A DNA stretch of 42,393 nt from a bacterium (GCA_044869275.1 JBIOXB010000064.1:1-42393); one strand, 5' to 3'; numbered from the stretch's first letter, positions 19,001 to 27,152 are shown. The notes: generated from the letters alone by a model not told the origin. Numbers and translations: made by a program.

Positions 19001-19290
19001 GGCGCTATCCTTGGACATATTTGGTCGATCTGCGCGCGCGGCGCTTCTTTGATTTGACCCCGGGCACACGCGCGGGATTGGTTTTCGAAGTGCAAAATCT
19101 CTTGAATCGCCGCAATGCCATTGGCGTGGATGATGGCGGCACGGTGGATACCAATCGCGATTTGATCGGCTTCACCAATGCCGGCACTTCGCGTTCGCGC
19201 AATTATGGCGGTTATAATAATTCCGTCCCGATCCCGAATGCCTGGAACAACGGCCGAATTGTGCGGCTCGGTTTGAATTTGGAATTCTAG
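16054..19290 (+). CDS. TonB-dependent outer-membrane receptor with N-terminal carboxypeptidase-regulatory-like domain and Asp-rich insertions
   Basis: Signal peptide; GTTGKIAGKVVD...GAATNLDGEYFI; TonB-box-like GEVVEVVA; plug HIRGGRAGETAYLVDG...SGGFNAEYGNAQSG; barrel PRVGFSFP, GNPDLDPEQT; C-terminal RLGLNLEF; RBS GGAGG. Confidence 0.93.
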   Translation: MIPTRMRSLGIILVVLLWATWVLAGTTGKIAGKVVDRETGLPLPGANVVIVGTTLGAATNLDGEYFILNVQPGTYEVRASIIGYTNLVEKGVRVFADLTTTINFSLPSETLQLGEVVEVVADRPLIQKDVTASVKVSTDDQIQSLPITTVNDAVALNAGAQGTGNNLHIRGGRAGETAYLVDGVSIEDPQTRTIGLTVGRSALSELQIISGGFNAEYGNAQSGVILLNTQEGNKEQYNGHVFYQTDHFGDSQLGESSQNFDWYEGSLGGPEPITTYLLPSIGLKIPGYMTIYLQGETRFNDRANYHENAIADINAKSPIQETTQINTSPFLRNETIFGSLLGLGDNRENVFQNWDTKLLWQLAPNKKLTFGYRGNANNTQGWTFQFGRDVRELVAKSHELGISDLIDQDGDGRRDEELMDGIDNDSDGRIDEDNNLDQNYYKGDFAWGLDNDGDGRTDEEALNALDDDGDGRVDEDLQGYDWKGYDNIARTEFRANQLNLNWTHTLNAKTFYEVKAGRFYTFTGTLPKLGKDGRSRSSFEELDAWVRDYDAIVATGVPLADLPFLIEPYRGFGTPAEIFQDLNGNRNYDPGELFEDFNGNGLYDLNNDPAAKNSNQVWQLQGATHPFRGQNINGVYRFSDRAAFDKRSSLNYSLKLDLTSQVTQNHQVKSGLEVNYFELRNTSRQLLGPYDGRGLFGNSYSVFPNWQAGYIQDKMEFSTAIVNLGMRVERFDAGEQVATPDTSVGVPRYTTPNVKWSVLPRVGFSFPVTERDMFYFSYGHFYQRPQLTNVYTQVNQLLDSPNSIIGNPDLDPEQTIQYEFGIRHQFGLNTLFSITGFFKDIDNLIQIRQEFDTAGNTFYTYFNDTYGTVKGLELQMNQRAGRYFSGDATYTFQVSKATHSDPRDTYATLDVIDGVEFPSDWDQRHRFVVNLDYHYGEGQGPRLGNFNLLENFNVNVLAQFGSGQPYTPSSLSNAAQLEQTNSRRYPWTYLVDLRARRFFDLTPGTRAGLVFEVQNLLNRRNAIGVDDGGTVDTNRDLIGFTNAGTSRSRNYGGYNNSVPIPNAWNNGRIVRLGLNLEF

Positions 19291-19316
19291 TGCTTTGTTC
19301 TCGGTATCTTTGTGCA

Positions 19317-19418
19317 TGTCATTCCGTAGTCCCGACGCTTCGGGATTCCCACGCGCTTGCGCACGCCTCGGATTCCGAGCAATGTGCATACACTTGGGAA
19401 GATGCTTACAGAATGACA
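19317..19418. repeat. REP-like palindromic element (TGTCATTCCGTA...TACAGAATGACA)
   Basis: 12-bp terminal inverted repeat with one mismatch, internal TCCCGACGCTTCGGGA hairpin. Confidence 0.55.
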
Positions 19419-19492
19419 GTTCGGAGTGGGGGAAGTAATTCTCAGATGCCCACAGAATCTGCATATGCTATGAAAGTAGGGAAGGAGTATTC

Positions 19493-21673
19493 ATGAGACT
19501 TGCAAGACTCATCAGCGTGGCGCTGCTGGCGATCATGCTGGTAACGGCAGTGACGGCGCCAAACGCGTTCAGCCGGGAGCGAAAGACCAGGAAAAAGCAG
19601 GCCGCACAGCCCGCTGACTTGGGTCTGTTCAAGCCCAACGCCATTGCGCCCATTCGCTTTGCCGTGCACGATAAGGGCCTGCAATGGTTGATGATGGCGA
19701 ACTGGGGAGAATTGGGCAACCCGGACGACCGCCCTCCCGGTCCGCCCACGCCTTTTCATCCCTCTTCTTCACAACGCGATTCCAAACTGGAATATCCCGG
19801 CGGTACGGGCACGCGTTTCCTGTTTTCCGGCGGCCTCTGGGTCGGTGCGGTCCGGAACGGTATTCCGATCGTGACCACCGTCACCGATGGCGACAATGGC
19901 ACGCAAGAGGTTGGCCCCTTGTCGACCTGGCTTTATCAAAGCACCGATGATGCATTCAAGGAAAATGATGATGACGGTGACTGGACTATCGCGGACGATA
20001 TGAACGGCGATGGCACGCCCAGCAATGACTGGGATGGCCCGAACGCCGACGCCAACGGCGACGGCATTCTCAATTATGATCCCGAGCCCCACATTGATGA
20101 GGATCAGGTTGGCGACATGTCTGCGGATTTCTTGGACAACGACTTTGACGGCTTGATCGACGGGGATGACGCCGATTTCGACGGCGACAAGGTGCCGGGA
20201 GCTTTGGATGATGACGGCGACGGCAAGGAGGACGAAGATACCACCGCCCGCGGGGCGCAAGAATGGTACACCGCCTATGCCGATACCTGCCGGGATTGCT
20301 TGCGCGATTCTGACGTCGATGGTTTCACCCCGCTGGGCGTGCGCGTGGTGCAACACACCTATCAATGGGCTGAAACTTTCCGCGATGATTTCATCATTCT
20401 GGAATATTTCGTCACCAACATTGGCACTGAAGTTCTGAGTAACGTTTTTTTGGCAACCTTTTTCGATTTTGATGCGCAAATCGAATCGCAAGGCACGGCC
20501 GGCTCTGAAGACGATATCACTTTCTTCATTGATTCATTGGGCACCGCCATCGGCGGCGACGACGATGGTGCGGACATGGCATCGCAATTTTTCGGCATTC
20601 GCGTACTGGAGACACCGCGCACCGGCGTCGGGTTTTCTTATTTGAATTTTGAACGTATCTCCGGCGGCGATCCGAATGACAACGTGCAAAAATACACAAA
20701 AATGTCCAGCGGGGTACGCGACCCGGACCAGTTTGTCAACGGCGATTGGCGCTTCCTGTTTTCCTTTGGTCCGCTGGGTGACGTCGCACCGGGTGAAACC
20801 CTGCCGGTGACGCTGGCCATTGTCAGCGGCGGGCAGGCCGGGCTTTCCACGGAGGAAAATATTGCGCTCATTGCGCAAAATTCCCGCCAAGCCCTGGCTC
20901 TATTCCAAAATGATTTCCGCGGCCCCACCGCCCCCGATGCGCCCAACTTCACGGTCGAAGCATTGGAGCGCGCCGCGCGCATCACCTGGGATGATCGCGC
21001 CGAGCGTTCGGTCGACCCCATTTCCAAAACTCTCGATTTCGACGGCTATCGTGTCTGGCGCTCGCTCGACGGCGTGAATTTCACCGTGCTCGCAGATTAT
21101 GACGCCGTCAACGGCGTGGGCTTTGACCGCGGCTTGCCGTCCAAAAACGCACAGGGAAGATACGAGTTCATCGATCGTGGCGTGCCGCCGTTGGTGCAGG
21201 TGAAATACGTGGTCACGGCCTATGACAATGGCGATAATGGCGATGGCATCAATCATCCGGAGACCGATCGCGTTTCCGGGGGTGTCAGCGTGCTGGAAAA
21301 CTCACTGGGTGTGACCCGGCAAAAAACCGCGGTGCCCAATTCCGCGATCCAAGCGACGTTGGACAATGTCTATGTGGTGCCCAATCCCTACGTGGGTAGC
21401 TCAGAATTCGAGCGGTTTGGCCGTTTTGACGACCAGGGCAACCGTACCTTTCCCAAAGTCATCCAGTTCGTCAATTTGCCGGCACAAGCGACCATTCAAA
21501 TTTTTACGCTCGCCGGTGATTTGGTGCAAACCCTGGAGCACAACGACGGCACCGGCGTGGCAGTGTGGGATTTGCAGACCCGCTTACGCCAGGAAGTTGT
21601 CGGGGGTATTTACATCTATCGCGTCACTGGCGGCGGTCAGGAAAAGGTCAGCAAGTTTGTGGTGGTGAAATGA
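19493..21673 (+). CDS. Secreted protein with Asp-rich repeat insert, FnIII-like domain and T9SS-like C-terminal domain
   Basis: Signal peptide; EYPGGTG..LFSGGLWVGA; Asp-rich region; PDAPNF...ITWD...FDGYRVWRS...YVVTAYD (FnIII-like); tail VYVVPNPY...IQFVNLP...IFTLAGDLV...WDL...GIYIYRV...KFVVVK. Confidence 0.8.
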   Translation: MRLARLISVALLAIMLVTAVTAPNAFSRERKTRKKQAAQPADLGLFKPNAIAPIRFAVHDKGLQWLMMANWGELGNPDDRPPGPPTPFHPSSSQRDSKLEYPGGTGTRFLFSGGLWVGAVRNGIPIVTTVTDGDNGTQEVGPLSTWLYQSTDDAFKENDDDGDWTIADDMNGDGTPSNDWDGPNADANGDGILNYDPEPHIDEDQVGDMSADFLDNDFDGLIDGDDADFDGDKVPGALDDDGDGKEDEDTTARGAQEWYTAYADTCRDCLRDSDVDGFTPLGVRVVQHTYQWAETFRDDFIILEYFVTNIGTEVLSNVFLATFFDFDAQIESQGTAGSEDDITFFIDSLGTAIGGDDDGADMASQFFGIRVLETPRTGVGFSYLNFERISGGDPNDNVQKYTKMSSGVRDPDQFVNGDWRFLFSFGPLGDVAPGETLPVTLAIVSGGQAGLSTEENIALIAQNSRQALALFQNDFRGPTAPDAPNFTVEALERAARITWDDRAERSVDPISKTLDFDGYRVWRSLDGVNFTVLADYDAVNGVGFDRGLPSKNAQGRYEFIDRGVPPLVQVKYVVTAYDNGDNGDGINHPETDRVSGGVSVLENSLGVTRQKTAVPNSAIQATLDNVYVVPNPYVGSSEFERFGRFDDQGNRTFPKVIQFVNLPAQATIQIFTLAGDLVQTLEHNDGTGVAVWDLQTRLRQEVVGGIYIYRVTGGGQEKVSKFVVVK

Positions 21674-21676
21674 GCA

Positions 21677-21801
21677 GTGAGACGTGAGACGATAGATGTG
21701 AGACGTAAAACAGACAAGGTGGAGCAATTACGCATTACGTCTCACGTCTTACTTCTCACGTCTTTCTTCTCACGTCTCACGTCTATCGACTCCCGTCTCA
21801 G
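21677..21801. repeat. Heptamer tandem repeats in inverted orientation (GTGAGAC)n...(GTCTCAC)n
   Basis: gtgagac gtgagac gatagat gtgagac gtaaaac ... gtctcac gtcttac ttctcac gtctttc ttctcac gtctcac gtctatc gactccc gtctcag. Confidence 0.85.
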
Positions 21802-21824
21802 CGAAAAACTCGGAGAATTCGAAT

Positions 21825-22847
21825 ATGAAAAGATACAGTACACTTCTTCTCGCGCTATTGCTGCCCGCGGCCACTTTTGCCATCGAGCGCGTGGGCACGA
21901 CCTCGTTTCAATTCCTGAAGATCCCGGTCGGCGTGCGCGGTATTGGCATGGGCAATGCCTATGTCGCAGGTGCCGTGGACGCTTCCGCGGTGTATTGGAA
22001 TCCCGCCGGACTGGGCTGGGCCACTCATCGCGAAGTCCTGTTCACGCACATCAATATGCCGGCGGATATCAACTATGACAACGTCGCGTTCCTGCTGCCG
22101 TTTTCTGCGTCGGCCGGTAACTTTGGCGTGAACATCAGTGTGCTGCACATGGATGATCTCGCAGTGCGCACGCCGTACCAGCCGGAGGGCACGGGCGAAT
22201 TGTTCACCTCCTCCGATATTGCCGTCAGCCTGGTGTATTCCCGGCAGGTGAGCAACCGCTTCACGTTCGGCGTGAAAGCAAATTATATCCGCGAAGAATT
22301 GGCGAACTTCGTTTCCGACGGCGTCAGCTTCGACGCCGGCCTGCAATATCAAACCGATTTTCGTTCTCTGCGTTTGGGCATGGTCATTCAAAACTTCGGG
22401 CCCGACACGGATTTCAAGGGCTCCTATTCGGACTATCGCACCGCCATCAACACCGGCGGCGAAGTCCAAACTCGCGATTTCGATACCGCGCCTCTGCCTA
22501 TCACCTTCAAAACCGGCTTGATCGCCGATATGGAAACCATGCTGGGCATGGACATGGGTGAAAATATCAAAGGCAACCTCGCCGGACAATTCGAGCATCC
22601 GGGTGATAATAAGGAGAGGTTGAATGCCGGCGCGGAGCTCACTTTCAACGAGCGGTTCTCCCTGCGCGGCGGATACAACTTCAATTATGACACCGATTCC
22701 TTCACGCTGGGCTTCGGCGTCAACGTGCCGTTTGCCGGCAAAAATGCCCTGCGGCTCGATTATGCCTACGCCGATATGGGCGACATGACCGACACCAGCA
22801 CCTTTCTGAACCAGCCGCACCGGTTTTCGCTGGCGTTTCAGTTCTAG
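21825..22847 (+). CDS. PorV/PorQ-family (UPF0164-like) outer-membrane beta-barrel protein
   Basis: Signal peptide; FLKIPVGVRGIGMGNAYVA...DASAVYWNPAGL; FDAGLQY; LSLRGGY-type strand; DYAY; C-terminal HRFSLAFQF. Confidence 0.9.
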   Translation: MKRYSTLLLALLLPAATFAIERVGTTSFQFLKIPVGVRGIGMGNAYVAGAVDASAVYWNPAGLGWATHREVLFTHINMPADINYDNVAFLLPFSASAGNFGVNISVLHMDDLAVRTPYQPEGTGELFTSSDIAVSLVYSRQVSNRFTFGVKANYIREELANFVSDGVSFDAGLQYQTDFRSLRLGMVIQNFGPDTDFKGSYSDYRTAINTGGEVQTRDFDTAPLPITFKTGLIADMETMLGMDMGENIKGNLAGQFEHPGDNKERLNAGAELTFNERFSLRGGYNFNYDTDSFTLGFGVNVPFAGKNALRLDYAYADMGDMTDTSTFLNQPHRFSLAFQF

Positions 22848-22916
22848 GTTTGTAGTGATGCCTTCAGGCATTCTAGCGCAATGAGCGTTTAGTCCCTAAA
22901 GGGACTACTACGAACC
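22847..22916. repeat. GTAG-type REP-like doublet
   Basis: GGTTTGTAGT-GATGCCTTCAGGCAT ... GTCCCTAAAGGGAC-TACTACGAACC; two short hairpins flanked by GTAG/CTAC ends. Confidence 0.55.
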
Positions 22917-22940
22917 CAATGCAACGCACACCATCATGTA

Positions 22941-23016
22941 TGTCATCCCGCTGTTGCGGGATCTTGGTAGAATCAATTACGGCGCTTATACGCCACAAGA
23001 TTCTTTCTGAATGACA
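22941..23016. repeat. REP-like palindromic element (TGTCATCCCG..GGGATCTTG ... CAAGATTC..GAATGACA)
   Basis: Inverted termini; the left end recurs at 32340 (TGTCATCCCGCAGGGATCTTGG) and resembles 19317. Confidence 0.55.
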
Positions 23017-23055
23017 CGCAATGAAAAATACACTCGAAGAATTAGGGAGAACGGG

Positions 23056-24816
23056 ATGAAGTCTATCATCTTTTTGCGCCGCCTCCTGCTGTTCAGCCTG
23101 TGCGGTTTGGGCGTGGCAGCATTGACGAGTTGCGGCATTACCGAGCCCAAAGACGCTGCGCTCAAAGAAAATCTCGTGCCGGACACGCGCATCACTTCCG
23201 GCCCGAAAGAATCCAGCACCTTCAGTTATTTTGTCAAAATCGCCTGGATCGGCGAGGACAATGACGGCGTCGTGAATGGCTATAATTTGGTGGTCGATGG
23301 CAATACCGTCTTTGTTACTCGAACGGATTCGACCTTTGCGTTCAGCGCCGCCAACCAGAATGAGCAACACACGATTGCAGTGGCTGCCGTAGACAATAGC
23401 GGCGCAGTCGATCCTACCCCCGCTTCGCTCACTTTCACCGCCACCAATTCGCCTCCCAACACTTTGTTGTCGATTGCCGGCAATCCTGCGCCCGGCGCCA
23501 CCTTTGGACGCGGCGCAATTTTTACGGTGGAGGGTGTTGATGTCGATAACGGACCGGAATTCTCCTACCGCTATAACCTTGACGGCGGCGCCTGGTCGGA
23601 TTGGCTGGCCAGCAACGTAATTGAGTTCAGCCAGACCTCTCCTTTTGGGCTGCTGCCGGAAGGCCAGCATACTTTCAATGCGCAAGTGCGCGACGCGGCT
23701 TTGGCGGTGGATGAAACACCTGCTTCTTTTCCGCTCGTGGTTTCCGCCGCGGTCAAGCCGGAGGTCGTGTTGAACGCGCAGCAAAACAGCCGGCCATTTT
23801 TTGAAGACAATTCCGCCTTTTCATACACCGCGGGAAACACCGTGCAGTTTTCCTGGTCGCCCGTTTTCAACTACGCCGGCGGCGCCTCCACGGGCAGCCG
23901 GTATCGCCTCGACGGCGGCGCATGGACGGAATACTCCACCGCCGTCTCTTCTTTGGAATTGACGAGTGTCGCCGCCGGCCCACATTCGTTCGAAGTGCAA
24001 TATCGCGATCTGGGCGGCGCGGAAAGCGAAATTCGAAGATTTGATTATGAAATCGTGGCCCCAACTTTCAGCGCCGGAGTATTGGTGGTGGATGACGGCA
24101 ATGGCCAGTTGGCCGGGCGGCCGCCGGCCACCGGTGATGCGAATGCCAAGGCTTTTTACAATCAGATTCTAACCGCGCTGGGCGTGAGCTATGCGATATG
24201 GGATATTCCAACGCAGGGCAATCCCACTCCCAAGAAAGGCATGGCGAATTATTCCACCGTGCTTTGGGCGAGCGATGAAGCCAATTTTGCGGTTTTGCCC
24301 CGCCAGATTCAATTGGCAACGGAATATCTGAATCTCGGTGGAAATTTGTGGATCGTAGGCTGGCGCGGCGTGAACCTGATTACCGGCACCACGCCGGTGC
24401 CGGACTTCGATCCTTCCCAAGCCGCTCCGCCGGCAAATGCCGATTTTATCTGGAACTATTTGAAGATTGCCTCGACGCGCCAAACCCCGGGTAATTTATT
24501 CGATTTCAATAGCGCAGTCGGCGCCAGTGGTTATCCGAACATGACGGTCGATACACCCAAGAATCCGATTCCCAACCGGCCCGGGCTTTCGCCCATCGAC
24601 GTGTACACCGTGCGCACGGGCGTGGCGGGTGCGGAAGCAATTTACGCTTTTGGCTCTGCTTCGGGCAATGTAGATTTTGCCGGCGCGGTTTGCGGCGTCA
24701 AATATCTCGGCACGGATTTCAAAACCGTGGTTTTTGGATTCCCGTTGTATCACATGCTTGCTGCCGAGGCGCAAGCCGCAGTGCAGAAAATCCTAACGGA
24801 CCTGGGCGAGCTGTAG
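23056..24816 (+). CDS. Lipoprotein with Ig-like/Y_Y_Y-like repeats and a C-terminal alpha/beta domain
   Basis: MKSIIFLRR...VAALTS-C lipobox; repeats YRYNLDGGAWS...EGQHTFNAQVRD and RYRLDGGAWT...AGPHSFEVQYRD; GVLVVDD...YSTVLW...YLNLGGNLWIVG. ATG 23056 has a GGGAG RBS. Confidence 0.82.
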   Translation: MKSIIFLRRLLLFSLCGLGVAALTSCGITEPKDAALKENLVPDTRITSGPKESSTFSYFVKIAWIGEDNDGVVNGYNLVVDGNTVFVTRTDSTFAFSAANQNEQHTIAVAAVDNSGAVDPTPASLTFTATNSPPNTLLSIAGNPAPGATFGRGAIFTVEGVDVDNGPEFSYRYNLDGGAWSDWLASNVIEFSQTSPFGLLPEGQHTFNAQVRDAALAVDETPASFPLVVSAAVKPEVVLNAQQNSRPFFEDNSAFSYTAGNTVQFSWSPVFNYAGGASTGSRYRLDGGAWTEYSTAVSSLELTSVAAGPHSFEVQYRDLGGAESEIRRFDYEIVAPTFSAGVLVVDDGNGQLAGRPPATGDANAKAFYNQILTALGVSYAIWDIPTQGNPTPKKGMANYSTVLWASDEANFAVLPRQIQLATEYLNLGGNLWIVGWRGVNLITGTTPVPDFDPSQAAPPANADFIWNYLKIASTRQTPGNLFDFNSAVGASGYPNMTVDTPKNPIPNRPGLSPIDVYTVRTGVAGAEAIYAFGSASGNVDFAGAVCGVKYLGTDFKTVVFGFPLYHMLAAEAQAAVQKILTDLGEL

Positions 24817-25182
24817 GGAAGGGCCAGACGCAAAAAAAATCTGCAGTTCCAAGGAGATTTCTTTGTCCCGTCAGCATTGGTAAAAATAAATTTGAGAATT
24901 GAAACTCACTTGCCAAAGCCTCTCAAATGATTCCCAGCATTGCTGAAGGAGGTGATGTGCCCCAATAGAACCATCGAGGTATGGGTGCACCATCAGTTGC
25001 AGGCAACTCTCTAATCTTTGCCCGTGCCAAGATAATTTTTAGAAAATCTTTGCGCTGTGCAATGTAAGAAACGATTTGCCTGCCAGTGATCAACTTCGTA
25101 TTTGAGGTCTTTCCAAAACTCCAGAACAAATCCGTGGAAAGGCACGAATACGACGAACCGAATGTCACGGGAGGTAGTAGCT

Positions 25183-27015
25183 ATGCGGCATTTTTTTACG
25201 ATCACGTTGGCTGTTCTGTTTGGGATTTCCAGTCTTTGGGCGGGCGAGAAAAATCTGCGCCAAAAGTTCAACCGGGCGGACAAACAAAAAATTGCCGGGG
25301 AAGCCTGGTCCAACGGCGTTGTTTTCCCGAAGCGACCGCAGGGCACAATAGCCAAGACCAATACTCCACCTGGAACTTTGATTTTTTCCTCGAAATACGA
25401 TGTTCACACCAACGGCTCCATCCAAAATGGTCTCATCAACTATGGAGACGGCACTCTGGGGTTTGCCCGCATGGGTGCATCGGCCGTAAGCGCGACGAAC
25501 CAATTCCGGGGTTCCTACTTCTCTTACTTCGATGGCAACGCCTGGACGCCCGCAGTGCAAGTCGAGTCAGCTATTGGGCGAGGTTGGACTTCCACAGATG
25601 CTCTATCGGATGGTCGCCAAGTGATCCTCTCCCATGTCGGTGATGAATGTAATGTCGATGCGCTGAAAGGGTTCGGTATTTGGACCTCAACACTCACCGG
25701 CTACATTCAAGGCGCCGCCGACCATATTTGGGCGCGAGTGGCAGTTGATGGCGCCGATAACATCCATTTTGTCAGCACCGTGCGGGCAAGAATTGGTAAC
25801 GCGCGTTACGCCACGTATTATCCGGTGCATTCTTGGTCAACGGATGAAGGTGCGACTTTTCGGCACCAGTGGATTTTCGGCGACCCGTTTACCGAATTGG
25901 ACACCACGGGTGGTCAATGGCAGGGCTTCATGGTCGATGCCTACGCCATCGATACATGGGGACCGAATAAAGTCGCCATTGCCGCATTGTCCAGCAGCAG
26001 CATTGCAGCCGAAAACATCTGGCTCGCTGTGTCAGAAAACAACGGCGCGACGTGGACACCACAAAAACTGGAAAATAACCCCAACTTGCCTCCAGCGGGT
26101 GTTGAACAGTACGTGCCCACCACGGCTTTAGATGTGATTTTCGATAAGAACGGGAACCCGCACATTTTCAGCACGACGACTTTGGCGCTTCTGGATAGCG
26201 CAGGCACAAACGCCGACACTTTCCATAGTGTCGAAGCTCCTTTGCGTCACTGGAGCCAGGCCACTGGCTGGAATGTTGTATGCACGTATCAAAACATTCC
26301 CGGCTATGACCCAAACGAAAATCCCTTCGACGGTGGCACAGCTGGCGCCGTGAATGACGCAGGTGGAAATAACACCTTGCTACAAATGCCAAATGCGGGT
26401 GTTGATGCCGATGGAAATATTTACGTCATCTTTAACACGGTCGTTCCAAAAGATACCCTGCCAGATGGAGCTAACTGGATGGATGTTTACGCGGCGGGAT
26501 CGGGAGATGGGGGCGCTTCTTGGGGCCCGCCGGTGAATGTCACGAGCAATCCCGGTGCCCAGGATTTGTGGGGCACTTTGGCGGACTTGGTCGATGCGAA
26601 TTTACACATCGTCTATGGTACCCATAACTACCTCGGCGATTTAACCAATGCCGCCGGCGCTGCCTTGGATCATTATTATCTCGCTGTTCCGAAAACAAGC
26701 ATACCCTTGGTCGGCGGCCGTGTGGATGATCGCCCAGGCGCAGGCGTGCCGAACAGCTTCGTGCTGCAGCAAAATCATCCTAACCCGTTCAATCCTTCCA
26801 CGGCCATCACATTCTCGCTGCCCGCCAGCGTGAACGTGACGCTGGAAGTTTACAACATGGTCGGGCAGAAAGTGGCAACGCTGGTGGATGGCAAGCTCGC
26901 CGCCGGCGACCACACCGTCAACTGGAATGCGCAAGAGGTGCCTTCGGGTGTTTATTTTTACAAGCTCGAAGCGACAAACTTCAGCCAGACGCGCAAGATG
27001 GTGTTGATGAAATAG
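25183..27015 (+). CDS. Secreted Asp-box (BNR) beta-propeller protein with T9SS type A sorting domain
   Basis: Signal peptide; STDEGATF, SENNGATW, SGDGGASW; CTD QNHPNPFNPST...SGVYFYKL...RKMVLMK; GGAGGT RBS before ATG 25183. Confidence 0.85.
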   Translation: MRHFFTITLAVLFGISSLWAGEKNLRQKFNRADKQKIAGEAWSNGVVFPKRPQGTIAKTNTPPGTLIFSSKYDVHTNGSIQNGLINYGDGTLGFARMGASAVSATNQFRGSYFSYFDGNAWTPAVQVESAIGRGWTSTDALSDGRQVILSHVGDECNVDALKGFGIWTSTLTGYIQGAADHIWARVAVDGADNIHFVSTVRARIGNARYATYYPVHSWSTDEGATFRHQWIFGDPFTELDTTGGQWQGFMVDAYAIDTWGPNKVAIAALSSSSIAAENIWLAVSENNGATWTPQKLENNPNLPPAGVEQYVPTTALDVIFDKNGNPHIFSTTTLALLDSAGTNADTFHSVEAPLRHWSQATGWNVVCTYQNIPGYDPNENPFDGGTAGAVNDAGGNNTLLQMPNAGVDADGNIYVIFNTVVPKDTLPDGANWMDVYAAGSGDGGASWGPPVNVTSNPGAQDLWGTLADLVDANLHIVYGTHNYLGDLTNAAGAALDHYYLAVPKTSIPLVGGRVDDRPGAGVPNSFVLQQNHPNPFNPSTAITFSLPASVNVTLEVYNMVGQKVATLVDGKLAAGDHTVNWNAQEVPSGVYFYKLEATNFSQTRKMVLMK

Positions 27016-27037
27016 GTCATTTGGCTGCAGAGAATGG

Positions 27038-27076
27038 AAAGCCCCTGCCTGTTCCTTTACGGCCGGGGCTTTTTTT
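27038..27076 (+). terminator. Rho-independent terminator
   Basis: AAAGCCCCTGCC-loop-GGCCGGGGCTTTTTTT. Confidence 0.8.
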
Positions 27077-27123
27077 GCAGCAGATTCGAATACAAAGCAC
27101 ACAACCATTCAATGTTTTCTGGC

Positions 27124-27152
27124 TTGACTTTGATGGGTGGGGCGTTTAAGAT
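27124..27152 (+). promoter_or_regulatory. sigma70-type promoter
   Basis: TTGACT-N17-TAAGAT between the terminator and the second propeller gene. Confidence 0.55.

Noticed and set aside
21677..22078. 133-aa ORF starting in the heptamer array; also considered as a CRISPR array
   Set aside because: The ORF is translated repeat overlapping the PorV-like gene out of frame. Units are 7 bp with no spacers and no cas genes are present.
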